A stretch of DNA of 64,000 bases from Eledone cirrhosa (GCA_964016885.1 OZ024741.1:127658001-127722000), one strand, 5' to 3'. Shown: positions 41,874-54,740, counted from the stretch's first letter. A program made the numbers and translations. The notes: a model not told the origin generated them from the letters alone.

Positions 41874-44800
41874 ATGACGGAACAACAAACAGCGGAGCTA
41901 ATACATTTTTTTAGAGAACAGATGGAACAACAGATGCAACAACAGGAATAACAAATGCAACAACACAAGAAGATATGGACACTCTGATAAAACTGTTTGG
42001 TGCTCGAGATTCTGAAGAACAGAGTTTATTGGCGTCGCCAGTTGCTTCGACACCAACAGTATTCATCCCACCATTTGCTGCTTTTGATTCAACAACAGAA
42101 CTATGGCCTGATTACTGGTCAAGATTCTGCACGTTTGTGGCTGCTAACGCTGTACCCGAGCAACGCATGGCACAAGTGTTCCTGACTAATCAGACGCTAT
42201 CTACAAACAACTTGCAAATCTGGCTGCTCAACAAAATCCGCCTAAGAATATCAACAAGTTGACAATGGACGAAATTGTTGACTTCATGAAAGAACAGTTC
42301 GACCCCAAACTTTTCATTGTGAGAGAACGTTTCAAGTTCTGGAGTGACATGCAACGGAAGCCAGGCGAAACTCTCCAGGAGCTGGCAGCACGTATACGTC
42401 AGGATGCAGCTACCTGTGATTTTCCTTCGATCACAAATCCACAAGATGAAGCTCTAAGACAGAGATTTATATGTTCTGTCAATAATGAAGCTGTGTTGAA
42501 GGCTATTTTCAAGATCAAGGATACAGAACTAGATTTCGCCCGTGCTGTCCAAGTTGCCATCGGGACCGAAGACGCAGCAAAGGTTGCCAAGGAAACTGTT
42601 TACGGTTCCAAAACCAAGCATGTCTACAAGGTCCAGCAGAACAAGAACAAGGGTCCTCGAAAGAACTATCAGCAGTCTTATTCCACAGACCAGGAGATGT
42701 GCTACCGATGTGGAAAGGCCCACAAAGCGACAGACTGCCCCTTCAAAGAAGCCAAATGTCATTTTTGTGACAAAAAGGGACATTTGCAAGCGGTGTGTAG
42801 AAAGAAACAACATCAGCAACGTAATCATCGCTCACAGAATTACGTGAAAAGAATCACGAAAGCTGAGCTAGTCAAGGCGATCCTTGGTGAAGTTCCCCAC
42901 GATACTCATAGTTTGAATGTGCCAATAACAATCCAGAACAGACTTTTCACAATGGAATTGGACACAGCTACTACAGGCAATTTTGTTTCCTTGTCAGTTT
43001 GGAAACAATTAGGAAAACCGAAGCTGCAAGATCTCAAACATCGGTTTGAATCTGCCAGCAAGCACGACCTGCCCGTTCTGGGAACTTTCATGGGCCAAAC
43101 CAAGGATCCAACGACCGGTAAACGGAATTCAATACCCTACATCGTCACCAAGATCCCTGATCTTAATTTGCTGGGACGAAATGCTATCCAGACTCTGGGA
43201 ATTTCCGTGGACAATGCTCTCGGATTGAAAAGCATAGACAGCCAGGCCAAGAGTGAGGGTGCAGAAGTGATGCATCCAAAGACCTCAAATGAGCCCTATA
43301 TTTCCATGCAACGAGATTGTCACAACATGTGTGATGAATTCCCAGATCTCTTCAAGCAAGAATTGGGATGTCTTAATGACTTCGAACTGGAAATGAAGTT
43401 CAAGCCGGACGCGACACCGGTCTTTCACAAGGCACGCCCGGTCCCGTTTGCTCTTCGTGATGACCTGGCCAAAGGTTACGAAGAAGGCATCGCCAAAGGA
43501 ATCTGGAAGCCAGTACAGTTCAACGAATACGGAACGCCAGTGGTACCGATTCGTAAAGCACATACTTCAGGCAACCTGAAGCCCAAACTACGGATTTGTG
43601 GTGACTACTCTGTGGGAATTAATGACCAACTTGCAGATCATCGTCATCCAATGCCACTCCCAGAGGAACTGATGCAGAAGCTCGGAGGTGGATTCGGATA
43701 CACAAAGATTGATCTTGCCGATGCCTATAATCAGATCAAGCTGGCTCCAGAAAGTCAACGCAGGCTCGCACTCAGCACTCACCGTGGGGGGCTCCTGCAA
43801 AAACGACTCCCTTTCGGAATCAAATCAGCACCTGGTTACTTTCAGGAGATCATGGAATACCTGACTCAAGATCTACCTGGTGTGGCCGTCTTCCAGGACG
43901 ACATGCTCGTCAGTGGGAAAGATGCAAACGATCACCTGAACAACCTAAAGTGTCTGCTCACACGTCTGTGACAAAGGACTCAGATGTCGCCGTGACAAGT
44001 GCCAGTTTGCACTATCCAGTGTGGAATACCTTGGACACACCTTGTCGGCTGAAGGGATCGCGAAGGGATCCAAGGTCGAAGCAGTTTTAAAGATGCCACA
44101 TCCAACGAACGTCTCAAGCTTGAAGTCTTTCCTGGGTTCAGTTCAGTTCTATGGAAAGTTTATCCCAAACCTGGCCAGCATGGCAGAGCCACTCTATTGC
44201 CTTACGAAAAAAACGACTACTTGGAAGTGGGGAGATGAAGAACGGTCAGCTTTCGATCAGTTGAAAAATGTGCTTTCATCGGATCGAGTTCTGATACACT
44301 TCGATCCAAACAAAACTTTGGGACTGGCTTGCGACGCGTCAAACGTTGGTATTGGAGCAGTCCTGTTTCATCGCTATCCTGATGGAAGCGAGCGCCCAAT
44401 ATCCAATGTGTCCAAGACTCTTACTGCTGCACAGCGTAACTACGGCCAAATTCAAAAGGAAGCCCTGGCCATCATATTTGGCTTGCAGAAGTTCTATCAG
44501 TATCTGTACGGACATCAGTTTATACTCATAACTGACCACAAGCCACTGACATCACTGTTCAGTCCGAGGAAAGGGACGCCACTTCTCGCTGCTAACCGAC
44601 TAGCACGGTGGGCCCTGTGGCTGAACCAGTTTGACTACACCATCGAATATAGGAAAACAGCGGATCATGGCAATGCAGATGCCCTCAGTCGCTTGCCATT
44701 TGGTAATGACATCGACTTTGACAGGAAGGAAAATGGTGAAGACATGGACATGGTGCGCGCCATCAAAGCTCTCAGTCTTCAAGTCCAACCTATCGATGCT

Positions 44801-46129
44801 AACGTCCTCTGTCAAGAGTCAGGGAAAGATCCAGTGATATCTACAGTGATACGCTACGTCCGTGAATGCTGGCCACCAAAGAATACCGAGATCAATGACG
44901 AAGTAAATAAGTTCCGGAAGTTATCGGATTCACTCAGTATCTGCCACGGATGCCTTATCCATGGATCGAGAGTTGTGATTCCACATAGCTTACAGCCAAA
45001 GATCCTCAATCTTCTGCATCTCGGACACTTTGGCATGGAGCGCATGAAACAATTGGCAAGAACTGCTGTTTATTGGCCTGGTATCGATGCTGCTATAGAG
45101 AAAACCAGTCGACAATGTGATTCGTGTGGTGAACATCAAAACCAGCCATCCAAGTCTCCAGTTCACCCATGGATGTTACCTGAAAAGCCGTGGAGCCGCT
45201 TACACCTGGATCACGCAATAAATTTCATGAGCAGTAATTGGTTGGTGATTACGGATGTTTATTCCAAGTATCCATGCATTCATCCTACGTCATACACGTC
45301 CTCCAGAGCCACTTTAGATCTGCTTGAAGAAGACTTTGTGCACTTCGGATTTCCTCACACGCTAGTCACCGATAACGCACCAACTTTTATTTCTGAGGAG
45401 TTCCAGAGCTGGTGCAAAGAACGTGTGATCACGCACCTGACAGGGGCACCTTACCACCCAGCTACTAACGGAGCAGCGGAACGTTTGGTGCAGACCTTCA
45501 AACAAGCTCTGAGGAAGACTTCTCTTCCGCCGAAGCGAGCACTTCAAGAGTTCTTGATGCAGTACCGGAGAACACCGACATCCAGTGGATTCTCTCCGAG
45601 TGAACTTTTGAATCACCGGCAGATACGGACAAGGATTGATTCTCTGCTGCCCTCGCCAGCACACATCGCTCAAGGCAAGCAGTCTAAGGAAGCATATAAG
45701 TCTCAGATGACTCCGGACTCGGCAGGTGTCGCTAAGGTTACCAGGCAGTACAAGGCTGGAGATCCTGTGTATGCACTGTACTACGGACCTCGCCGAGACA
45801 AAGATCCCCGATGGGTACCAGCAATCATAAAGAAGTCATTGGGTACTCGCTGCTTCAACGTTAAGGTCATAACTCATGGCCCGGTGTGGAGACGACACTG
45901 GGAACAGCTGCAACCGCGGTACACTACTGAGGAAGACAATGAACCTGGTGATGCAATAGACACTGTTTTTGAATTTGCAACAGATCACCCGATGGAGATC
46001 TCGGAAATCGTGCCACTAACTCCAAGACAGACCAGACCCAAGACCTTATTGCCCGTTCCAGAGTATGGACCAGACAATCGAAGACGGTCCAAGAGAACTC
46101 GTAAACCCCCAGAGAGACTTTGCTGTTGA
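41874..46129 (+). pseudogene. Gypsy gag-pol polyprotein, disrupted (stop at 41949-41951; frameshifts near 41970, 42195 and 43970)
   Basis: Gag FAAFD...WPDYWSRF...AN. Two Zn knuckles, CYRCGKAHKATDC and CHFCDKKGHLQAVC. Protease ELDTA/LLGRN, RT RICGDY/KIDLADAYNQ/FQDD, RNase H LACDAS, integrase HLGH..CDSC with D..D..E. Confidence 0.92.
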
Positions 46130-46153
46130 TGCTTCTTTTGTCGCATCAATTTC

Positions 46154-46163
46154 GGTGGGGAAG
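46154..46163 (+). promoter_or_regulatory. Polypurine tract
   Basis: GGTGGGGAAG directly before the 3' LTR. Confidence 0.75.
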
Positions 46164-46399
46164 TGTTGTATGGACTGTTAAATTCGTTTTGTTCGGTTTG
46201 CACGTGCTCACACATTTGCATATGGGTCACGTGACCTGTGCAGTCGGTCAGCGTTGGTGTTAAAAACTCGGTCACAGATTACTTACTTTATGTTATTCTG
46301 CTACTGCGAGGAGGGGCGATTTGGTTGTTTCGCAAATTACACAAATTATTTGATATAACTCGATGTGTTTTGTCTGCGAGTACCGAGAGGAATACAACA
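46164..46399 (+). repeat. 3' LTR (236 bp)
   Basis: TGTTGTAT...ATACAACA, direct repeat of 41553-41788. Confidence 0.93.
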
Positions 46400-49300
46400 G
46401 TTGTAGTGCTGGTTCTACCACAAAATACACCAAGGCCACTCTATAATGTGGTAATGCTGGTTCTACTACAAAATACACTCAGCCCACTCTATAATGTGGT
46501 AATGCTGGTTCTACTACAAAATACACTCAGCCCACTCTATAATGTGGTAATGTTGGTTCTACTACAAAATACACCCAGCCCACTCTGTAATGTAGTAATG
46601 CTGGTTCGACTACAAAATACACCCAGCCCACTCTATAATGTGGTAATGCTGGTTCTACTACAAAATACACCCAGCCCACTCTGTAATGTGGTAATGCTGG
46701 TTCGACTACAAAATACACCCAGCCCACTCTATAATGTGGTAATGCTGCTTCTACTACAAAATACACCCAGCCCACTCTATAATGTGGTAATGCTGGTTCT
46801 ACTACAAAATACACCTAGCCCACTCTGTAATGTGGTAATGCTGGTTCGACTACAAAATACACCCAGCCCACTCTATAATGTGGTAATGCTGGTTCTACTA
46901 CAAAATACACCCAGCCCACTCTGTAATGTGGTAATGCTGGTTCGACTACAAAATACACCCAGCCCACTCTGTAATGTGGTAATGCTGGTTCGACTACAAA
47001 ATACACCCAGCCCACTCTATAATGTGGTAATGCTGGTTCTACTACAAAATACACCCAGCCCACTCTGTAATGTGGTAATGCTGGTTCGACTACAAAATAC
47101 ACCCAGCCCACTCTGTAATGTGGTAATGCTGGTTCGACTACAAAATACACCCAGCCCACTCTGTAATGTGGTAATGCTGGTTCTACTACAAAATACACCC
47201 AGCCCACTCTGTAATGTGGTAATGCTGGTTCGACTACAAAATACACCCAGCCCACTCTGTAATGTGGTAATGCTGGTTCGACTACAAAATACACCCAGCC
47301 CACTCTATAATGTGGTAATGCTGGTTCTACTACAAAATACACCCAGCCCACTCTGTAATGTGGTAATGCTGGTTCGACTACAAAATACACCCAGCCCACT
47401 CTGTAATGTGGTAATGCTGGTTCTATTACAAAATACACCCAGCCCACTCTGTAATGTGGTAATGCTGGTTCGACTACAAAATACACCCAGCCCACTCTGT
47501 AATGTGGTAATGCTGGTTCTACTACAAAATACACCCAGTCCACTCTATAATGTGGTAATGCTGGTTCTACTACAAAATACACCCAGCCCACTCTATAATG
47601 TGGTAATGCTGGTTCTACTACAAAATACACCCAGCCCACTCTGTAATGTGGTAATGCTGGTTCGACTACAAAATACACCCAGCCCACTCTATAATGTGGT
47701 AATGCTGGTTCTACTACAAAATACACCCAGCCCACTCTGTAATGTGGTAATGCTGGTTCGACTACAAAATACACCCAGCCCACTCTATAATGTGGTAATG
47801 CTGGTTCTACTACAAAATACACCCAGCCCACTCTATAATGTGGTAATGCTGGTTCTACTACAAAATACACCCAGCCCACTCTGTAATGTGGTAATGCTGG
47901 TTCTACTACAAAATACACTCAGCCCACTCTGTAATGCGGTAATGCTGGTTCGACTACAAAATACACCCAGCCCACTCTATAATGTGATAATGCTGGTTCT
48001 ACTACAAAATACACTCAGCCCACTCTATAATGTGGTAATGCTGGTTCGACTACAAAATACACCCAGCCCACTCTATAATGTGGTAATGCTGGTTCTACTA
48101 CAAAATACACCCAGCCCACTCTGTAATGTGGTAATGTTGGTTCTACTACAAAATACACTCAGCCCACTCTATAATGTGGTAATGCTGGTTCTACTACAAA
48201 ATACACCCAGCCCACTCTATAATGTGATAATGCTGGTTCTACTACAAAATACACTCAGCCCACTCTATAATGTGGTAATGCTGGTTCGACTACAAAATAC
48301 ACCCAGCCCACTCTATAATGTGGTAATGCTGGTTCTACTACAAAATACACCCAGCCCACTCTATAATGTGGTAATGCTGGTTCTACTACAAAATACACCC
48401 AGCCCACTCTATAATGTGGTAGTGTTGGTTCTACTACAAAATACACCCAGCCCACTCTATAATGTGGTAGTGTTGGTTCTACTACAAAATACACCCAACC
48501 CACTCTATAATGTGGTAATGCTGGTTCTACTACAAAATACACCCAGCCCACTCTGTAATGTGGTAATGCTGGTTCGACTACAAAATACACCCAGCCCACT
48601 CTATAATGCGGTAATGCTGGTTGGTTCTACTACAAAATACACCTAGCCCACTCTATAATGTGGTAGTGCCGGTTCTACTACAAAATACACTCAGCCCACT
48701 CTATAATGTGGTAGTGCTGGTTCTACCACAAAATACACCGAGCCCACTCTATAATGTGGTAATGCTGGTTCTACTACAAAATACACCCAGCTCACTCTAT
48801 AATGCGGTAATGCTGGTTGGTTCTACTACAAAATACACATAGCCCACTCTATAATGTGGTAGTGCCGGTTCTACTACAAAATACACTCAGCCCACTCTAT
48901 AATGTGGTAGTGCTGGTTCTGCCACAAAATACACCCAGCTCACTCTATAATGCGGTAATGCTGGTTGGTTCTACTACAAAATACACCCAGCCCACTCTAT
49001 AATGTGGTAATGCTTGTTCTACAATAAAATTCACCTAGCCCACTCTATAATGTGGTAATGCTGGTTCTACTACAAAATACACCCAGCTCACTCTATAATG
49101 TGGTAGTGCTGGTTCTACTACAAAATACACCCAGCTCACTCTATAATGCGGTAATGCTGGTTGGTTCTACTACAAAATACACCCAGCCCACTCTATAATG
49201 TGGTAATGCTGGTTGGTTCTACTACAAAATACACCCAGCCCACTCTATAATGTGGTAATGCTGGTTCTACTACAAAATACACCCAGCTCACTCTATAATG

Positions 49301-50275
49301 TGGTAATGCTGGTTGGTTCTACTACAAAATACACCCAGCCCACTCTATAATGTGGTAGTGCTGGTTCTGCCACAAAATACACCCAGCCCACTCTGTAATG
49401 TGGTAATGCTGGTTGGTTCTACTACAAAATACACCCAGCCCACTCTATAATGTGGTAATGCTGGTTGGTTCTACTACAAAATACACCCAGCCCACTCTAT
49501 AATGTGGTAATGCTGGTTCTACTACAAAATACACCCAGCTCACTCTATAATGTGGTAATGCTGGTTGGTTCTACTACAAAATACACCCAGCCCACTCTAT
49601 AATGTGGTAGTGCTGGTTCTACTACAAAATACACCCAGCTCACTCTATAATGTGGTAATGCTGGTTGGTTCTACTACAAAATACACCCAGCCCACTCTAT
49701 AATGTGGTAGTGCTGGTTCTACTACAAAATACACCCAGCTCACTCTATAATGTGGTAATGCTGGTTGGTTCTACTACAAAATACACCCAGCCCACTCTAT
49801 AATGTGGTAGTGCTGGTTCTACTACAAAATACACCCAGCTCACTCTATAATGTGGTAATGCTGGTTGGTTCTACTACAAAATACACCCAGCCCACTCTAT
49901 AATGTGGTAATGCTGGTTGGTTCTACTACAAAATACACCCAGCCCACTCTATAATGTGGTAGTGCTGGTTCTGCCACAAAATACACCCAGCCCACTCTGT
50001 AATGTGGTAATGCTGGTTCTACTACAAAATACACCCAGCCCACTCTATAATGTGGTAATGCTTGTTCTACAATAAAATTCACCTAGCCCACTCTATAATG
50101 TGGTAATGCTGGTTTTACTACAAAATACACCCAGCCCACTCTGTAATGTGGTAATGCTGGTTCTACCACAAAGTACACCCAGCCCACTCTGTAATGTGGT
50201 AGTGCTGGTTCTACTACAAAATAGACCTAACCCACTCTATAATGTGGTAATGCTGGTTCTACAAAATACACCCAG
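46400..50275. repeat. 48-bp satellite, terminal block (GTTCGAC variant zone, then 52-bp GGTTGGTT variant zone); array ends at about 50275
   Basis: Highly homogeneous monomers at 46440-48600. Monomers with a 4-bp duplication from about 48615 to 49925. Unique sequence begins after CACCCAG at 50275. Confidence 0.97.
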
Positions 50276-50671
50276 TTAGGAAAGGCATCCACCTGTAGAA
50301 TTTATGCAAATATATATCTGTATGAGCAAGATGTAGTTTTCCCCAATCATGGAATGATGATTCTTCAAAAAGTATTATTATCTCGCATGCCTGATCATTA
50401 GTGGAAAGAGCAGAATCATCAACCATTGTGGGACAAAAGTCTAGATAAATAGGAAGATTGAATGAATCAGTGTATATGCTTGCTTTTGATAACCTCTGCA
50501 GTAGATCTAGCATAGGCTTGAACACTATATGGTGGCATTTATTTCAGAAATAAATAAAACATTAAGTCTAAGATCAAAAATAAAGTTGGGCTTAATGTTC
50601 ATAATTCTCACTTCCTAGTCGTCCTGTTGGACAATAGCATAAACCAATATAAGTGTTGCTTACCCTTTTAA

Positions 50672-50865
50672 TAATAATTGTTTCTACTTTGGGGACAAGG
50701 CCAGCAATTATCCCAGTGTATTACTGGTACTTTATTTTATCGACCCCGTAAGGATGAAAGGCAAAGTTAACCTCGGCGGGATTTGAACTCAATCGGTAAA
50801 GGGACGTAACTGTGCTGCACAGCATGGCGTCCGACCCTCTACTGATACTGCCAATCCACTGCCCT
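50672..50865 (-). mobile_element. tRNA-derived SINE, family A
   Basis: Reverse complement of the 56032 copy, with A-box TGGCAGTATCAG, B-box GAGTTCAAATC and body TTTGCCTTTCATCCTTACGGGGTCGATAAAATAAAGTACCAG. Confidence 0.85.
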
Positions 50866-50867
50866 TT

Positions 50868-51692
50868 AATAATAATAATAATAATAATGAAAATATTGTG
50901 TACAGTGCTCAGGTGCACTACAACTCATCAAAAAGTGTATGTATAGTACATAGGGTAATGTACAAACGTCAGGAAAATGAACAGTTTACGAGTCATGATA
51001 TACACATGTGTGCATGTGTATGAAAGGAGTACATCAGGTGTAGTTTTGGCGAATTTCGGGAAGCATGAGGGTTTTAAAGGATGCAGTGTCTCAGCAGCTA
51101 ACAACTGACGCAGGCAGTTTGTTCCATGCTTCAGCAACTCTAAGCGTGAAAAAATGTTTCCGAAAGTCATGGGAGCTGTGCTGTTTTCTGATTTTGTAGG
51201 CATGTCCACGTGTGTTAGACACATGGAGATCAAAAAGGTGCTCAGGGTTGTTGTTGGCGAGATGGTTAATAACTTTGTGGGTGTTTACCAAGTCCATTGC
51301 CAGACATCGGAGCTTCAATGAATCCATGCCCTGGGAAGCAAGGCGTTCAGAGTATGGTAGGTGTCTGATAGAGGGTATCCGCTTGGTTGCACATCTCTGA
51401 ACAGTTTCCAGGAGGTCAATGTTCTGAGAAAGATAGGGGTTCCAGACTGATGATGCGAATTCCAAGTGTGGTCGTACCATAGCTGTATACAGTTTTAAAT
51501 AGATGGCTGGAGAGCGGCTAACAAAGGTCTTGCTGAGTGATGCCAAGACACCCTCGGCCTTCTTGACAATCTTAGAGACATGCTTTGTCCAACGCAAATC
51601 GCTGCTGACAGTAATGCCCAGGTCACGTTCACAAGAGGACTTCTTGATATCAGTGTTGTGGAGGGAGTATGTGGACGCTGGATTTTTCCTCC
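50868..51692 (-). mobile_element. Older 5'-truncated copy of the same LINE family, with a single 3' end and a pure (ATT)n tail
   Basis: The reverse complement aligns to about 8540-9230 plus one 3' terminal unit. ORF 51091-51597 is a diverged ORF2 C-terminus with a premature stop. Confidence 0.93.
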
Positions 51693-52054
51693 CAATCGCC
51701 TGAAATCGTTCCTGATTCTATAATACAAAGATGTTTATTTTAAAGTTTATATTTATCTAAACATCTTCCATCAATTATATATGAATCTTTAAGTTATAAC
51801 CACACAACAAATGGCTGTGCTTTTAAAATAAAATTGTCTTTCGTAGTTCGTTTGCACCATGTCCTGTCTACTTTAGGTCGAAAATACTGGAAATCGTTGC
51901 GACAGACTTTTTAGATGGGAGATCAGCTTAATAATGAATGAGAAAGTTAATTACATTATCAAGCAAGTTCTAGATTATTTAAAAATTATTTAAAAATTAT
52001 ATGCAGCATATTTCATAAGAAATATGGTAACAAAAGGATTACAATGTAAATAAA

Positions 52055-52236
52055 TGTTTCTACTTTTGGCACAAGGCCAGCAATTACCCAGTTCATTACT
52101 GGTACTTTATTTTATCGACCCCGTAAGGATGAAAGGCAAAGTTAACCTCGGCGGGATTTGAACTCAGAATGGCAAGGGCCGTAACTCTATGCGTCAAAGC
52201 ATGGCTCCCGACCCTCTACCGATACTGCTAATCCAG
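52055..52236 (-). mobile_element. tRNA-derived SINE, family A
   Basis: Contains TACTGGTACTTTATTTTATCGACCCCGTAAGGATGAAAGGCAAAGTTAACCTCGGCGGGATTTGAACTC. Confidence 0.85.
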
Positions 52237-52344
52237 TAAATAAAGTAGTTTACTTTGGTCTGAGTTTGATCTCTGGGTTCGTGTAACTATATATGCATTA
52301 GTATAAGCATAATGAGCAAACGACATCACAAGTAATTTAATAAA

Positions 52345-52526
52345 TAATGATTTTTACTAAAGGCGCAAGATCAGCAATTTGTGGGAGGGGAAAGTCGATT
52401 AAACCGATCCCAGTGCATTACTGGTGTTTTATTTTATCGACCTCGTAAGGATGAAAGGCAAAGAAAACTAACCTCGGTGGGATTTGAACTCAAAGTATGG
52501 TGTCCGACGCTCTTCCGATACTGCAA
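52345..52526 (-). mobile_element. tRNA-derived SINE, family A (internal deletion)
   Basis: Same core, TTTTATCGACCTCGTAAGGATGAAAGGCAAAG...GGATTTGAACTC. Confidence 0.8.
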
Positions 52527-53309
52527 GGATATTTGGGGCATGGAAAACAGAATAAAAACAATCTAGCCACATAGTTTCAATACAGGGTTTTAGTGTGAAT
52601 TCCAAAAATATTAGAGGTTACAACCTACTCTGTGTCCGATAAGCTGATGGTTAGTGGTGGAAGTTAGAAGTTTAAAATGAGTATTTCAAGCTAAAATAGG
52701 ATATTAACCTACCCATAAATGAAATCTAACCTTTTTCTGTATCCAAATATTACATCATGGCTTATAATGAATTCATCAGGATAAATGAGGATTTCAAGCT
52801 GAAATAAGGTTAAGTTTTAGCGGTATTAAACACTTGTAACTTTTTTCCTTGTTATTAGTTTTTGAATTGGTGTCCGTCTTATGCATTTGAGCGTCTTATA
52901 AGCCGCGAAAATACGATAATTTGCTGTGCACATTTTCGCTTTGCTTCTGAAGTCACTGGATTTCTTCGACGGTTACGTCAACAAGGGAGGCAACTGATAA
53001 TAATTTGAGATAAAAAATTAAACAGTCCACGGAAGATAACTCTAATTGACTAGCTTGGTTAACCTCAGCTGCTGCTGATACTTTTCAGCTGACAAGACTT
53101 TAGCAACGTGAATAATGTAAACAAAAATTAGAATGGACCTCAGTCGGATTCAAGGAGGAGTATTCCCATTATTCGATCAATGGCTTAACCAGCTCAAAAA
53201 ACTAACGTGTAAGCTGTTGAGTATCCCGCCGACTGACACTTGTACTATTACCGAAATTCTCAGGGAGATTCAGCGTGACACGGTGACAAGGCTAGTCTTT
53301 TGAAGTACT

Positions 53310-53477
53310 GGTGCCATCCATACGACGAGTTCCCAAACAGTTTCCGTCTCTCCAATTCTACTCACAAGGCATTTGTCGACCGGTAAATGACACTTGCTCG
53401 AGATGCCTCGCAGTGAGATTGAAACTGACACCTAATGATTGCGGAGCAAATTTCTTAACCATTCGGTCATGCTGCCT
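53310..53477 (-). mobile_element. tRNA-derived SINE, family B (degenerate)
   Basis: The reverse complement resembles 54179-54340 (GGTTAAGA...CAAGTGTC...TTGTGAGT...ACGGAAACTG). Confidence 0.6.
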
Positions 53478-53638
53478 ACATAATCCAATATCTATTATTC
53501 ATGAAAACAAGACGGGGTAGCCATGTCTACTCAACCAAGGCTCACTTTGCACTGAACAACAGACAGACAGACAGACAGACAGAACCATCCGCCTCAAATG
53601 GAATATAAAGAAGACACAGATACTCCAAGTACAATAGA

Positions 53639-53797
53639 CGGCGAATTGGAAGAGTTGTTAGAACGCCGGTTAGAATACTTTGTGGCATTCTTTCTGGTAC
53701 TCGGTATTCTGTGTGTTTAAATCCCGTCGAGGTCAACTTTGCTTTTAATCCTATCAAGGTCGATAAAAAAGTACCCGTACAGTACTGGGGTTGATTC
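53639..53797 (+). mobile_element. tRNA-derived SINE, family A (degenerate)
   Basis: AAATCCCGTCGAGGTCAACTTTGCTTTTAATCC...GGTCGATAAAAAAGTACC. Confidence 0.7.
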
Positions 53798-54178
53798 TTC
53801 AATATCTCTTTCTCACTTCTCCTCTTTGTCACACGCATACATTCTCTCTCTTTTTCTCCGGAACAAATCAACTGTGTTCAGAGCTGGAAAGGGGATAGGC
53901 TCTGCCAGGTTTCAACATTTCCAAGACACATTGTATGCTACTACGGTACCCCCACAACTCCAGGAATTACGGTGCCATGCATACATACATCAGAGTATTC
54001 GCTCCAACCAAAAATCCATTTTTACTCTCCTGAACATGCGCACAACATTTTTTCTACAATTCTCTTGAATCCGCTCTCTCCACTCCAATAAGAAAAATCT
54101 TTTATTTGTTTAGAATCAGACTTGTATGTCTTTGAACTACTATGAATTTTTTTTTTAAATTCAAACATCGTATATTAT

Positions 54179-54340
54179 GGTGAAGGCGTGGCTGTGTTGT
54201 TAAGATATCTGCGGTGTAATTACGTAGTTCCGAGTTCAGTCCTCGTCAGACACTTTAGTCAAGTGTCATATACCTTAGCCATAGGTTGATCAAATGTTTT
54301 GTGAGTGGAATTTTGCAAACGGAAGCTGAGCAGACGCTCG
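54179..54340 (+). mobile_element. tRNA-derived SINE, family B
   Basis: A-box-like TGGCTGTGTTGTT, B-box-like GAGTTCAGTCC, then CAAGTGTC...TTGTGAGTGGA...ACGGAAGCTGA. Confidence 0.6.
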
Positions 54341-54499
54341 AATTTATGTTTCCACTGGTTTAAACTTGTATTTTTATGTTATGTTCCTTTGTCTCGTAAT
54401 CTAGCGGATCGACAATAAGTCGATAAAATAAATACCAGAATGATATAACGATTTGGGTTAACAACATAGACTTAAAGTTCTTGAAGAGAGTGTTGTATA

Positions 54500-54740
54500 T
54501 GTAGTATGGCCGAATGGTTAAGAAGTTCGTTTTGTAATCATTAGGTTCCGAATTCGACTCAACTGTATGGCATCTTGAGAAAGTGACATTTGCTATAGCT
54601 TCGGCTCGAGCTATACCTTGTAAGATAGTAATTGCTTGGAAGCCCGTCGGGTGAATTATAGCCTGTAATACACTGTGTCGCGCTAAATCGCCCTGAGAAT
54701 TACGTTAAAGGCACACATGTCTGTGGAATTCTCTGTCGTT
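54500..54740 (+). mobile_element. tRNA-derived SINE, family B (degenerate)
   Basis: TGGCCGAATGGTTAAG...GGTTCCGAATTCGACTC...GGCATCTTGAGAAAGTG...GAAGCCCGTCG. Confidence 0.55.

Larger units (their letters stand above)
41517..46399 (+). mobile_element. Ty3/Gypsy LTR retrotransposon, Mag-like, decayed
   Basis: Two LTRs with TGTTGTAT...ATACAACA ends, PBS, PPT and domain order gag-PR-RT-RH-IN. Imperfect 5-bp TSD GTGGT (41512-41516) / GTTGT (46400-46404). Confidence 0.95.

Noticed and set aside
46238-48646. 802-aa ORF starting in the 3' LTR and reading into satellite
   Set aside because: Chance in-frame fusion with a non-ATG start. LTR-driven read-through transcription is possible but not shown by the sequence.
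1-50275. Very long satellite ORFs (VVLVLLQNTPSPLYN repeats up to 1013 aa; antisense YFVVEPALPHYRVGWV)
   Set aside because: 48 is divisible by 3 and those frames lack stops by chance. Stops and -1, -2 and +4 indels are freely amplified, TEs interrupt the array, and there are no unique termini.
1-50275. CRISPR-like or diversity-generating cassette array next to reverse transcriptases
   Set aside because: There are no unique spacers. Variation is point substitution shared by duplication, there are no cas or DGR genes, and the RTs are ordinary LINE and Gypsy enzymes.
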